A stretch of 63,789 bases of DNA, the filler included, from Reticulomyxa filosa (Eukaryota; Protista; Foraminifera): assembly GCA_000512085.1 (NCBI GenBank). It is 28 parts of 28 records of this genome, joined end to end, with 100 filler letters (N's around TTAATTAATTAA, not from the genome) between each part and the next. Parts side by side here need not be neighbours in the genome. Positions count along the whole stretch, not along the records: positions 12,339 to 15,767 come from ASPP01013252.1; positions 15,868 to 22,939 come from ASPP01020795.1; positions 23,040 to 24,056 come from ASPP01036701.1; positions 24,157 to 25,309 come from ASPP01010114.1; 24 more parts are not named here. One strand, 5' to 3'. Shown here in pieces: positions 12,614 through 25,260 of the stretch (within the stretch, counting starts at the first letter, position 1; each line of letters begins with the position of its first letter). The position numbers were made by a program, and so were the translations under genes. Under the pieces are notes generated by a model. The model was not told the origin of the DNA, ran no database searches, and saw nothing but the letters and a program-made list of their open reading frames with translations.

Positions 12614-15600
12614 TTAACTAACCGAGAACTGCCTGCACAACATGGAAAGGAGCAATTGGATATGGAAATCATCAAAGGGAGAAAAAGAAGCAGAGTCGAG
12701 ATCGTGGAATTTGAACGCGTGAGTGGTGTCAGTATCGATCATGTCGGACAAAACCCGTTTTCGATTGGTTTCCTCTTTGTGCTGCGATCGAGGCTCAGTG
12801 GCGACTTTGTCTTGCTTGAATAGGTAACAACTGTCCCTAATGGGGAACGTCAGTAAGAGGTCATAGATGGCTTCAATGCGCTTGGATTTCAATACAGTGG
12901 AGCTGTGGACCCAGGAATGAAGAGCAGTGTGATAAGGGTATGTCATCCAAACACACAAATCTTTCATTTCTTTACCAGGTTTTTTTGTCGCTACTTTTTG
13001 TGTTTGCGAGAGTCCTTTCATCTCGTATTCACTTTTCCATTTGGAGAGTGACTCCAAAGCGGCCAACAAGTATTCGTCACTCTTTTTATGTTGCATTATT
13101 GAGGGTAGCATTATTTGCCAAAACGACGTTTGTAAATAATGATTCCAAAACAGGGTTTTCTCTATTTCACGCATTTCATATTGTTATATAAACAAACAGA
13201 TCATATACAATAATAATAATAAAACAAACCAATAAGATGAGGGAAAGCAATCGAAGACGGAAGGAGACTGATTAATCCCAATTGACTGTATGAAAAGAGA
13301 TTAAAGATATGCAATGGATAGATTGCTTGCAAAATGCATCGTAAGATGTCGCTAGCTCTGTCCATGCACTCCACCACATGTTCATTTGAATCTGGCCAGA
13401 GTATCCAATTACCAAATGCATTCAGTAAAAAAAAGTGCAATGAACGAATGATCAAATTACTTCGTTTCAATGTCATCTTGAAATGACACATTTATTTTAT
13501 TTTGTTTTATTGGATATATTCATTACATTGGCAAGGTTTCTTTTTTTTTTTTTTTCTTATATAAAAAGATATACCATAATGTGCGAATGAATAAATTGCG
13601 ACTTGTCAAAGGGTTGCGAATGGCCATTGCTCTCTTTTTCTTGATTAACAACATCGTTGTGAGAGCCTCGACACAACACATGTTTCGGATTGCAATGGAT
13701 GAGCTGGGCACATTTGAGCAGATGAAGCTGATGTTTGACGATCGTGAGCAATACACTACGATACATTTGTTGTTTTTCCAAAAGGGAAACAAAACACGAA
13801 TGGCACACGTCATAGTCGCATCCTTGCTTGCAAAACCATGACGCTCCACTGAATTCTTTTTCACACGAGTCGCAAGCAATTGTTTGGAAATCCCGTCTGC
13901 CATAAGACAGCCCATGCAAATGTGCTCTTTGGCACATTATTCCTTGGCGTGAATCAAACTTTGAAAATTGGGAATGGCTCTTTTGATAGCAGAATGCTTC
14001 AGGCTCCTATACAATGTTTATACATATATGTTATTGTATATATATTCGTACATTGAAAAACGCAAATAAAAAAAAAAAATAAACGAATAATAAATATAAA
14101 CAAAACTTGTGCATCAAATAGCAACAACAGCCATATGACATCCGGATTGTAGATGCACATAACACAGAGCCACAAAATGACGATTCGACTTTGTTCACTT
14201 TCTCTTTGGCATTGCTCTTTACACCAGTGGAATAGGGTTAACCACAATGGACTTTGCAATTTGCCGGTGATGAGTGAATCGAAATAGTCTCCGCCAAGGA
14301 TGTCCACAGCCAATTGGCCACTCTCTCCAAGCATTGACCAAAAGGTGGGTTCAAATGTATCTGTTGTTATGTCTTCACTAGCGGAAGAAGAGAACGGGAG
14401 TGTTGCTGACTCATTGGTTTTGGCATTGGAAGTGGATTTGCATCGGCGCAGTGCATAGGCGAACCAGTCATTGAACAGCGCACGTAGACCCGATTCGACA
14501 AAGGAGAGTTCTTTTGTATGTTTTGTGTCTTTGGATGGAAGAGGAGTTCGTTTGGCATGTTTGCTGAGACTTGTGGAATCTGAAGATAGCATGACACTGT
14601 CCATCCTTGATTTCGATTCCTCGTAGTATTCCAACAAAGGTGTGGCAATTTCTTTGAGACGCAATGCCAAGGCCCGTCTAACATCACTGTTCCAATAATT
14701 GCTATGGTGATGTGGGACGGAAGAAGCAAGCCCTTCATTGTTGTCACTCGAGCTCGAACTCGAACTTGAGCCTGCGTTCCAATCGCTCAGCTCATTCAAA
14801 ATGTCCTTCGCTTTGTGAGTTTTGCCGCGCCATTCCTCGTAATATCGTTTGTCCGTCCAATTGCAGCGCATCGACTCCTGTTCATTGCCTTCGTGCTTGT
14901 CGCACTGTTGTTTGTCCAATTCCATCGTCGTTCTTTTGCCGACAGGTGTTACCATTGTTTTGTTGACTTGCGCTATTGCCCGTTCGTGGTCCGACACTGG
15001 GTCTTTCGATTTGTGTATTGCCTCCGTCTCATGCTGGCGTTGATGTTGATGTGGGGATGAATGTGGGTGGTGTTGCTGTTGCTGTTGTGGTAATGATGGT
15101 CGAGTTGGTTCCTTTTGCTCCATCGCAGACTCACCATCTGGCTCTTTGTCTATTCTTTTCAACTTTTTTTCTTTCTTTTCTTCATTATCTATTGGTACAT
15201 TCCCGCTGTCGATTATTACTTTCTTTTCGCTTTTTAATTCCTCTTTGTTCGACATGGGTTCAATTTTGATTTCTTTTTATATACATATACATATATACAT
15301 GTATATGCATATATGTATATGCATATATGTATATCATTTATTATATCATTTATTATATCATTTATGTTGTTATTTATTTTGGTCTTACCTTTCTTTATTG
15401 TGGCTTGCATATGGGGATGATGTGGATTGAAACTGGTCGACGACGTAAATATGGCATTCGCCATTGCTGGGGATGGATGTGACGTAGAAGACATGGATGT
15501 AGATGCGGATGCAGATGCGGATGCAGATTGCGTGGACGTTGGTAGTGAGGGCGGTGCCATGCTGGTGTGTGAATGACCAGACAGGAGTTCCTTAAATTCC

Positions 15601-15767
15601 TCATTGAAATAACGTTTCACGACGAGATAGCGCTTTTCAAACATGGCATGCGTTTGAACAAGATTTTGCTGACAACACTTAAAGAAATGCAATACGTTTT
15701 TATGCATATATTGATACAAGGCATAGCTGTGTGTAGTTTTATTCCATTTCACATTGGCATTAGCATT
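12614..15767 (-). CDS. Large hypothetical protein with ZZ-type zinc finger, multi-exon, partial
   Basis: CDSCEKEFSGASWFCKQGCDYDVCHSCF (~13790-13875) fits the ZZ pattern. Consecutive minus-strand exons are separated by AT-rich introns. Confidence 0.6.
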
Positions 15768-16612
15768 NNNNNNNNNNNNNNNNNNNNNNNNNNNNNNNNN
15801 NNNNNNNNNNNTTAATTAATTAANNNNNNNNNNNNNNNNNNNNNNNNNNNNNNNNNNNNNNNNNNNNGTATAATTTGTTTTTCTTGGAGAAAATTGATTA
15901 TCTTCGTAAGTGCTATTTTAATTTTCCAGTTTGTTTGCAATATAATGTAGATAATGCATATGTATACTAACTTTCGCATTGCTGATATTTTTTGCATTAA
16001 ACATTACACTTTTTGTTTCTCTTCATTAAATAGCATCCAACAATATTTATTAATTATATGTAAATCTTTTTTCCATTTATAAATATCGCTTGACAATAGA
16101 CACCATTAGTTACTATTGAATTACATTTGATAGGCTACCATATTTTTCGGTTTGATAAATTCATTAAATTTAAGAAATATTCTTTCATTTTTAATTTTTT
16201 AAACAAAAAGGAAAAAGGATATTTACAATCAGTGACAAAGATTTGAACAAAATTTCATGAAAAATGAATAAAAAATCAAGTAAAAGGGCAAATAAACAAC
16301 AAGACAAGAACGCAGAGAAATTGACTAAAAAGTAAATTCAAAAAAAGTTCCAGGTCCCTGGGCTTGTCGGTGTGGGCTCACAAATTGTAGCGCTGGTATT
16401 GTAATAAAAATGAATTTTCTTTAAAGAAATAATATTTTATTTTTGCAGTGCATGTGTTTGCCTAAATTGAATTCTTGAATTTCTTTCCAAAAATTAATTT
16501 ACAAACGCAAAAAAAATAAGTTTTTTTTGTGAGTTACGGAGCCTTTGAAGCAAGGACACTCTTAATTGTTATTTTCAGATTAAACTGGGTTAAATCATTG
16601 CAAGTTGCAATT

Positions 16613-19354
16613 ATGAAGCTATTACGCGTGCTTATCCTTGGTACATTGGTAGTACTTTGTTTGGGTGGAGGATGGCCTCTTGATGTTGTTGGTGACGAGA
16701 ACGGTGGGGACAACTGTTAAGTACCAGTCAAGCTCTCTGTTTTATTAAGAAAATTTGTGTGAAAAATGTGTTGGTTAACTGAATATAGGTATGTTGTGCA
16801 CATTATTTGTCGCTATTTGGTCACAAATGGCCCAATTGTACAATGAAACACCAGAGTTGAGTCGTTGCACAGCTTTGGTTTTCAAAACATATGAGCATAT
16901 TCCATTGCAATGTATGATGTATAACAATTTCATAGACAAGCAATGGCTCAATTCTGTGGTTACTTCAACACGGACGGACAAGAAATCTTGTATGTCGCCT
17001 GCACGTCTATCATCGATACGTTTGGTGAGGTCATTGCCTTTTATTTGAACGCAGGCTTAAATCCCGACGAGGTAAAGAAGCATCCACGGTCCTTCATTGT
17101 TTGATGTATAATAAAAAGGGGGAGGGAGGGGAAGGACAACGTTCACTGCACAAAAAAAAAAAAATCACAAAACAAAAGGTCTGTTTCACCCTTGATGCTT
17201 GTACCGACACAGATGGTATGTCTCGTTATTGTTGTTGGTTGTGTTTAGATAGTAACAACAAAAGTGTGTATATGTATGTATGCATGTGATCGTATGAATC
17301 CAATAAATAAAAAGGCACAATGTGTCGGTTATTCCCAATGAACACTCCATTGGAGAAATTGAAAAAGGAAAAAGAGACCAGACATGCGACCAAGGTAGCT
17401 TGGTTTAGATCAAAGTTGCAATCGGTTTTGGGTGATGAGCCCAACATTTGCAATTTGGCCGGTGTCAAAGAATTGTGTAATGTATTGAGTCAATGGGGCA
17501 ATGACCATTTGCCAGTAGGTATGGAGCACTTCTCCTCTTGACACAAATCTTATAAAAAAAGAGAGAGAGAGAAAAAAAAAAGGGGTTTTCACAAAAAAAA
17601 AAAACTCAAATGAATAAAAAAAAAAAAACTAACATAAAGATGACTTGGACGGAGACTGGTTCAGCCAAATACCAGAAATGCGAGGCAGCTATTGGCGAGG
17701 CAAGGATTGCAAAGACGATGACCCAGCCTTCCATCCAGGTATAAAGAATGACCCCAAAAAAACATCTTTCAAACTTTAAAAAAAAAAAAAAAAAAAGGTC
17801 GTCGGGCTCTGGACGGCGACATGCTGGCGGATATGAACTGCAACGGGATCTACGGCGTGAGCAACGCGACAGGACGTTCGTACGAGAACATGTGGTGCGA
17901 GGGAACAGGCCAAATGGGCGTGGCGTTATTGGGAGATAGTGCAGGTGCGCATTTCCATATCCCTGCGGAATGGATGAATGTAACGGAAATGACGGCGGCG
18001 TCTTGGGCAGACACGTACTTTATCTTATTGATGGAATTGGACTGGCCATTCTTGAGTGGGACCACGGCCATGTTCAACTCGACCGAGCCTTGGCAAAACG
18101 TCATCCAAGGACCAGTCGACTCGTTGTATCTGCGCATGTTGCAACAGAACCGTTGCAATCATCGCGATTTCCAAAACTTGGGAGTGAATGGTGCAAGAAG
18201 TGGCGCCATGGCGAGTCAACTCGATCAGACGCTGCGACGAGATGCGTCCACTGATCATCCTGTCTTTTTGGTCTATGAATTGATTGGCAACGACGTGTGC
18301 AGTGGTCATCACACCTTTGAAACGATGACCACTCCGGAAGAGTTTTATCAAAACAACTTGCAAGCCTTCCAGTACTTGGACAGCAAACTGCCCTACGGAT
18401 CGCGCGTCTTGGCCCTTGGCTTGGCCAATGGTTCCGTCTTGTACGATGCCATGAATGATCGTATACATCCCATTGGCGCCTTAAATAATGATGTCACCTA
18501 CACTAACGTCTATGTTACGTCTCTTCTTTTTTTTTTTTTAGCCTTCCGACTTTGGACTTTACATTTCCATATGGCATTGTGTGTTTTCTTTTTAATCAAT
18601 ATCTTTTTATAGGATTACTTGAATTGCTTATATGTTAAGTTTTTTTTTTTTTTTTTTACATTAAATATGTATACATATATATATTTATGTATATGCATAT
18701 ATTGCTTATTGTTATGCGTTTGTATGAAACACTTCATTGTATAGATCTCTCCTTGCTGGTAAGTTAAATGAGAGCAATATTATTTGTTTTTCAAATCGGT
18801 CACATTTGAATGTCGCCGATGCTTGCCTCGCTTGGATATATACATATATAAAATATATATGTACATATATTTATGTATGTGTACATATGATAGGGGATGG
18901 ATGAACTCCAATGCAACTGTCCGTGATTTGACCACCGAACGAGCGATGAATCTCAGCGCGACATTGCAAAACTTGACGGAATCCGTCAAATTCCAAAATA
19001 TTACTTTGCAATACATGTCCTTTGCTGCTTTGAGTTTTGTCCAAAAATAAACCGCATATTTCCCATGTCCATTACACATCAATTATTTTTTATGAGAGAT
19101 ATCTTGTGTTGTGTGATTGACGATAACTGAACAAAACAGTGGACGATGTCATCAATATATGGCATTCCGAAGGAGGAGAAACTTGGCAATTGATTGAGCC
19201 TGTTGATGGATTTCATCCAAATCAATTGTCCAATGCCATGTTGGCCAGTGTCATCTGGAAAGAATTGGAAGTCAATTACTCAGATCTATTGCCTCCAACC
19301 AACCCGCACAATGACGAAATCATTGCCACCTTTGGAGATCAAGGTGGATACTAA
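16613..19354 (+). CDS. AOAH: Acyloxyacyl hydrolase (saposin-B + GDSL/SGNH lipase), complete, multi-exon
   Basis: Signal peptide, NGGDNC..C saposin start, RGSYWRGKDC, DMNCNGIYG, LGDSAGAHFHIP, CNHRDFQNLGVNGARS, IGNDVC, LIEPVDGFHPNQ, and terminal FGDQGGY*. Confidence 0.95.
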
Positions 19355-19675
19355 GCTATAAGGTAAAGAGGACAAGATACAAGCAATAACCTTTTTTTTT
19401 TTGTTTTGTTAACTTATTTCAATTTTGTAAGTACAATTATTGTGGTGATTATTAAGCGGATATTGCTAATGCACTAACTTTGCAAGTTTTTGTCAATGCT
19501 ACCATAAACATACAATTTTTTTCCTTTCCGTAAATGTTCACTATTGTAACTCAACGCGCAACTCAGAGAAATAACAATCTTTGCAGAGGAACAGGAGAAG
19601 TCACTCTTGTCTACTTATCACAAATATATGATAAAGCTAACAAAAAAAAAAGTTCCCGGCCTTTGAATCATTATA

Positions 19676-21173
19676 ATGGCAACCTCGAATAAATCCACAC
19701 CGAAAATCGATGAGTCTACGCCCTTGGCCGATCTCTATGCACATATTTCCGATGAAAATGCGCAAAAAATATTACTAGAAAAGCATCCTCACAACAGTGA
19801 AATGTGGGCACAAACCTTCAATCACTACTCAAAGCAAGCAGACAAAAACTCTTCTTCAAGGGGAGTATATCGTGATTTTTTCTCAGGTTGTCAGTTATTG
19901 GTCCAACGTCAAACACTACGAGTATTACAAAAAGGAGAATATACAACTCCCGATGGCCATGTTGTCCAAGTTTTAAAAAAAAAAAAAGAAAAGCAAATTG
20001 TGCCCTGTGATTTCCTAGTGTTGGACACAAAAAAATATAACATAACATATGTAAACATCAACAAAAAAAGTTAAACAGTAAAAAAGAATTGAAATGGATG
20101 GCAGAAAACACAAAATACTATGGGAACGACGATATCAAAGAGATCAAAGAAATAAAAGAAAAAAAAGAAAAAAAGGCAGAAGAAGAAAAGACGGATGAAC
20201 AAATAGAAAAGGAAAGCAGTCAATGGAATGAAAAATATGGATGTGAAATCTATGTTATCAATGGTGATTCGATTGATGTGGCATGCAACTTACTGTTTTT
20301 TGGATTCAATCCTGTAGTTTTGAATATGGCCAATGACGTCCAACCGGGTGGAGGGTTTTTGCGGGGAGCTTCTGCACAAGAAGGTAGTGTCATGCTTTTT
20401 TTTTTTTTTATAATCCAAATCCAAACAAACAAATAAATGTAATAAAATAAATCGTAACAGAAAACTTGTTTCGACGCACAAGCTATGTGTGCTCATTATT
20501 AAATAGCCGTGGTGGCTTCAGTGATTCGTTGGAAAAGAACAGAAAATGGAAATATCCGATCCAAGAGTTTGGATGCGTTTACAGTCCCAAACTTTGGGTG
20601 TTTCGGTCTAATCAAAGACGTGGATATACATTTTTGCAACAACCGTTCCGGATGTCATTTATCGCTGGCGCCATGTATCGCTTTCCAAAATTTGATGAAA
20701 CTTCAAGAAGGTTATTATTTTTTTTGAGTGCACATGGCTCAAATATTATCCCTTTGTTATGACAATCATAACTAAAAATGTGATGATATACACGATAGAA
20801 TGGACGACGAACTTGCTGAAAAAGTCGCAAAGAAGTATCGAAGTATACTGCGCGTAGCTATTCATGAAAAGCATGATGCGATCGTACTGTCGCTTGGGGG
20901 TAAGGAAAAAACTGTATATGTATACAATCCTTCTTCTATGCTTTAAACCATGGAAAAAAAAAAAGTTGTGGAGCATTCGCGAATCCGCCAGAGCATCAAG
21001 CAGAAATTGTGAGTAATGTATTACAAGAAAAAGAGTTCTACGGACAGTTCAAAATAATTACGTTTGCAATATTAGATGATCATAACGCAAGAAAAAAACA
21101 CAATCCCGATGGAAATGTGCAACCCTTTGTACAAATATTTGGTAAGCATGATTTTTTCCATGCAAACCTTTGA
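19676..21173 (+). CDS. Microbial-type poly(ADP-ribose) glycohydrolase macrodomain (TIGR02452/DUF2263-like)
   Basis: PVVLNMANDVQPGGGFLRGASAQEENLFRRT (intron 20384-20460 splits the second E), VYSP..VFR, HDAIVLS LGCGAFANPP, ITFAILDD. Confidence 0.9.
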
Positions 21174-21362
21174 TGTGTAATCATGACAAAAATGTAATTG
21201 AGTCATAGTTCAAGTATCGAAAAAACAAAAGAACACCTCTTAAACAAGGCAACGAACTTGAAAAAGTTTTCAAATTTTTTTTTGGTTTGGATTTGGTCAA
21301 CGCTACAGAAGAGATTGAGGAAAAAACTTTTAATAATAACCAAAGTTCTTTTAGAGTACACA

Positions 21363-22860
21363 TTATAAAGAAATGGAGCCTTCTCTGAAGGTTGATTTAG
21401 ATATCATGACATTAACAACAACAGGGGTTCCCTTCTTAGCCAACTCTTTTGCCTTCTTAAAGCTAGGAAGCAACTCACTTTCGTTTTGAACAAGTATTCC
21501 AGCACATCCAAATCCTTGCGCAACTTGTTCATAATGTGTATATTCCAATTCAGTAGCAACAGGATCTTTAAACAGTCGAATTTGATCTCTGTACATTTGT
21601 GACCAACAAGCATCATTTCCAATTACTGCGATCACTGGTAATTTCATACGTCGGAATGTGTCCAGTTCCATTACACTCCAACCAAATGATCCATCACCAA
21701 AGAGGATCCATACTTCCGACTCTGGACTATGATTTTTGTTCGCACAACATACAACCCTCTCACGAATGTGTTGTGTACTCACTTATTTACTTTAAAAAAG
21801 CAAACAAATGAAAAAGAATTGAAACTGCAATGCTTTGACACCCATTGCAAAACCGGCCCCACAGCCCAAAGTGCCAAAAGCGCCGGGGTCCAACCATCGC
21901 AAAGGTTTTCTCGGTCGCACAATGTAGGAAGCAGTACCAACAAAATCTCCTCCGTCTGCAATGACAAAGCTATCCTCGTCAATGACTTGATCCAATGCAC
22001 GACAACAACGAATTGGGTGTACAAAGGTCGTGGAGTTGGGACTTGTTGGAGATTTCTCTTTTGCATTCGCATCAATTTTGTCCTCTTTTTTTTCCTCATT
22101 TGCTGCAAGCTTCTTTTTCCAATTTTTGAAATCCGATCTTTTTATTTTATTTTATTTTGTTTATTGATTGACTGTTTGATTTATTATCATTGTTTTTTTT
22201 TTTGTTTTTTGTTTGTTTGTCTACGTTAAAAAATTAACCGAATTTGTAATTGTTTTGCCATTTCAGCCAATTGAATTAAAAAGATTTGTGCATCAGCTTG
22301 CAAAGTGATATCTTTTTTTCTGAGATCACTGTTTTGTGACAGCTTTTCAGAAGAAAGATTGACCATAATCAGTTTGGCTTTTTTATGGATTCTTTTTCCA
22401 TAATCCAACCGGAAGTCCACGCTTACCCCGCACAGCACAACGCAGTCGCAGTCTTTCAACGCAGAGCCCCTTTCGTGGCGATATTGCAAAGGGTGTTTCG
22501 AGCCTAACAGCCCCCTTGCCATTCCACTCAAAAAGCAAGGGACGTTCAAGTATTCGATCGCCTTGACCATCTCCGGGACGAGCGTCGGATGCAACACCGC
22601 CTGACTGCCAATCACCAGCACCGGCTTTTCACATCCGGACGAGGGCGACAGCAGCATGGCGATTTCATACAATCGCTTTCGCTCTTCCGAGTTGGTCGGG
22701 ACCATCAACTGTCGCTGTTGTTCCCTCGCTGTGTCCGTCACCTTCAATGGCGCCACCGGCAAGAACCCATCACGAAACACTGTTTCCACATGTCGACGTA
22801 CATACAAATCCGCCACATATGCTAATATCGAATTCGTGTTCAGTTCAAGCTTTGGTTTCT
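21363..22860 (-). CDS. ILVBL: Acetolactate-synthase-like TPP enzyme ILVBL / 2-hydroxyacyl-CoA lyase 2, 5'-truncated
   Basis: FLSGMARGLLG, VDFRLDYG, ADGGDFVGTASYIVRPRKPLRWLDPGAFGTLG, GDGSFG...VIGND TPP motif, terminal FREGSISL. Confidence 0.92.
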
Positions 22861-23039
22861 AAGGTTCATTTATAAATAAACAAATAAAAAAAATATATAT
22901 ATATATAAATATGTATATACAATTTTTTTTTTTTTTTTTNNNNNNNNNNNNNNNNNNNNNNNNNNNNNNNNNNNNNNNNNNNNTTAATTAATTAANNNNN
23001 NNNNNNNNNNNNNNNNNNNNNNNNNNNNNNNNNNNNNNN

Positions 23040-23869
23040 AAGATTTTCAATTGGATTTAAATCAGGTGAATTTGGAGGAAATTTCATTGTTTTAATTTTT
23101 TTTTGTTTGAACTATTTCATAATTTTTTCCGATTTATGGCATGTTGCATTATCTTGCTGGAAAATCCAATCTTTTTTATTTTCTAAGCAGAAATTGACAC
23201 TATTTAGCGTTTCGTCAGATAAAATTTCTTTATATATATCAGTATTTACTCCTTGCAAGCGTAAACTGTTCATAATGCTCCAAAACATGACTAGACTAAA
23301 ATACTTCCACCACCAAATTTTGCTCTTCTTGTTATGGAATTTTCATCTAATTGTTGTCTTGGTCTTTTACATACATATCTTATACAATCACTTCTATTTA
23401 AATTAATCCTGTTTTCATCTGAAAATAAAACCTTTTTCCAGTCTTCAATCGTCCAACTTTCGTGCTCTAGCGCAAATTCATATCTTGCTTTTTTTTGTTT
23501 CATTGTCAGCAATGGTTTTTTTTTTGTAATAGTACTTAGCCCACTTTGCTTTAACATATTCGTAATTGTCGAACGCGAAACAGTAGTAAAATTTCTTCTT
23601 TCCATTTATCTTATAACATCTCTTGCTTTAAAATGCTTACTAGTTATCATCCATCTGACAATAATACGATGCAATCTTAAAGGTATCTTTTGCGGACGTC
23701 CAGTGCGTTGTTTTTTCAAAATTCTACTATCTTTTTTAAAAGATAAAAACCATTTACTAACACACTCATGGCTAACTTTAAATTTTTTGGCCACTTTACG
23801 ATAGCTTGATCCATTTCGTATCATTTCGACATCACGACCTTTCACAAAACTATCGATATGTTTTCACAT
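23040..23869 (-). mobile_element. Tc1/mariner-family transposase, degenerate
   Basis: HTH region, RTGRP, VSRSTI, KKPLL, WKKVLFSDE, KFGGGSILV, WIFQQDNATCH, PPNSPDLNPIEN. Contains several stops and frameshifts. Confidence 0.92.
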
Positions 23870-24219
23870 TTTAACAAAAATAGCAAAATGTCGATCAATA
23901 TTTCGGCAATAAAATAATAAAAACGACAAAAATCAATATCGAACACCTAAAAAAAATATCAAAAATTGTTTAAAAAAAGATTGGCAAATTTCATGACTAC
24001 GAGAAAAACACGATTGTTAACTTTTTTAAAGAAATTTTACCAAATCAAATGAAAGANNNNNNNNNNNNNNNNNNNNNNNNNNNNNNNNNNNNNNNNNNNN
24101 TTAATTAATTAANNNNNNNNNNNNNNNNNNNNNNNNNNNNNNNNNNNNNNNNNNNNTTTTTTTTTTTTTTTAACTTGAAAAAAAAAAATTGACAAATAAT
24201 AATGATAATAATGCTGTGT

Positions 24220-24827
24220 GAACCAGACTTGTCGCGAATTGCATAAAGTGATATACCAAAAACTATATCAATGGGCACCAGATCTGCTGAAGCAAGTTTG
24301 GGAAAATGAAAAATTGGATGTGAAGCCAATAATGCGCCAACCAAAAGCAGAAAAGCCAGAAGACAAAGAAATGAAAGACAGCAAAGATAACAAAGATAGC
24401 AAAGACAACAAAAGACAGCAAATCAGGTAAAGCAAGTAAAGACAACAAAAAAACAACCGATTCAAAAGAAGCCGACGAGTCGAAAGCCAATGCAGAAAAT
24501 GAGGTTATAGACGTGGGCATAGTGGATTTCTCCGATGAAGATTGGACTACAGTCCTCAGTCACTTGCCTTATCGTTTGTGGATGCTGCCCTACACCACGT
24601 ATACGTTCCGACCTGGCAAAGATATGCCGCCGCTGATTGAGCCCAATAACCAACTGTTCTTGCAATCTATCGACAGCAAGTATCACAAAGATCCTTACGA
24701 CTTTGTCTTGGAATGGCAAAGCCGATATTATGAAGATGAAACGAACAAAGTCACTGCTAAAAATATCTTCACTGAAGTTTTGAAGTAGCGCTCTTCCTTA
24801 ATTAAATTTTCATTTTTTATACGTACA

Positions 24828-24861
<34 letters not shown>

Positions 24862-25260
24862 TAAAACATGTGCAAATAGGTAATTAGTCATAAGTCACAC
24901 ATGGAATGGAAGCAACAACAACAACAACAACAATTGCAACGGAAAAATAAACCAGGACAATTGACATTGTATGACTGTATTGACGCATGGTGTGCCGAAG
25001 AAAAGCTGACAAAGACGGATACGTGGTATTGCAACAAGTGCGACAAACACATGGAAGCAATGAAAAAATTGGACATTTGGTCTTTCCCGGAAATACTCAT
25101 TGTCCATTTGAAACGCTTCCAAGTTTATAGTCGAAGCGGACGAAGCGAAAAGATTAACACTGCCATCGATTTCCCTATTCGTGGTTTGGACTTAAGCAAA
25201 TATGTTATCAATCCTGAATTGCAATCCACGCCTTTGTATGATTTGTATGCGGTTTCAGTT
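24220..25260 (+). CDS. Ubiquitin-specific protease (C19; USP4/11/15-like), internal fragment
   Basis: LTLYDCID...EEKL...DTWYCNKC, AMKKLDIWSFPEILIVHLKRF, IDFPIRGLDLS, YDLYAVS. Confidence 0.92.
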
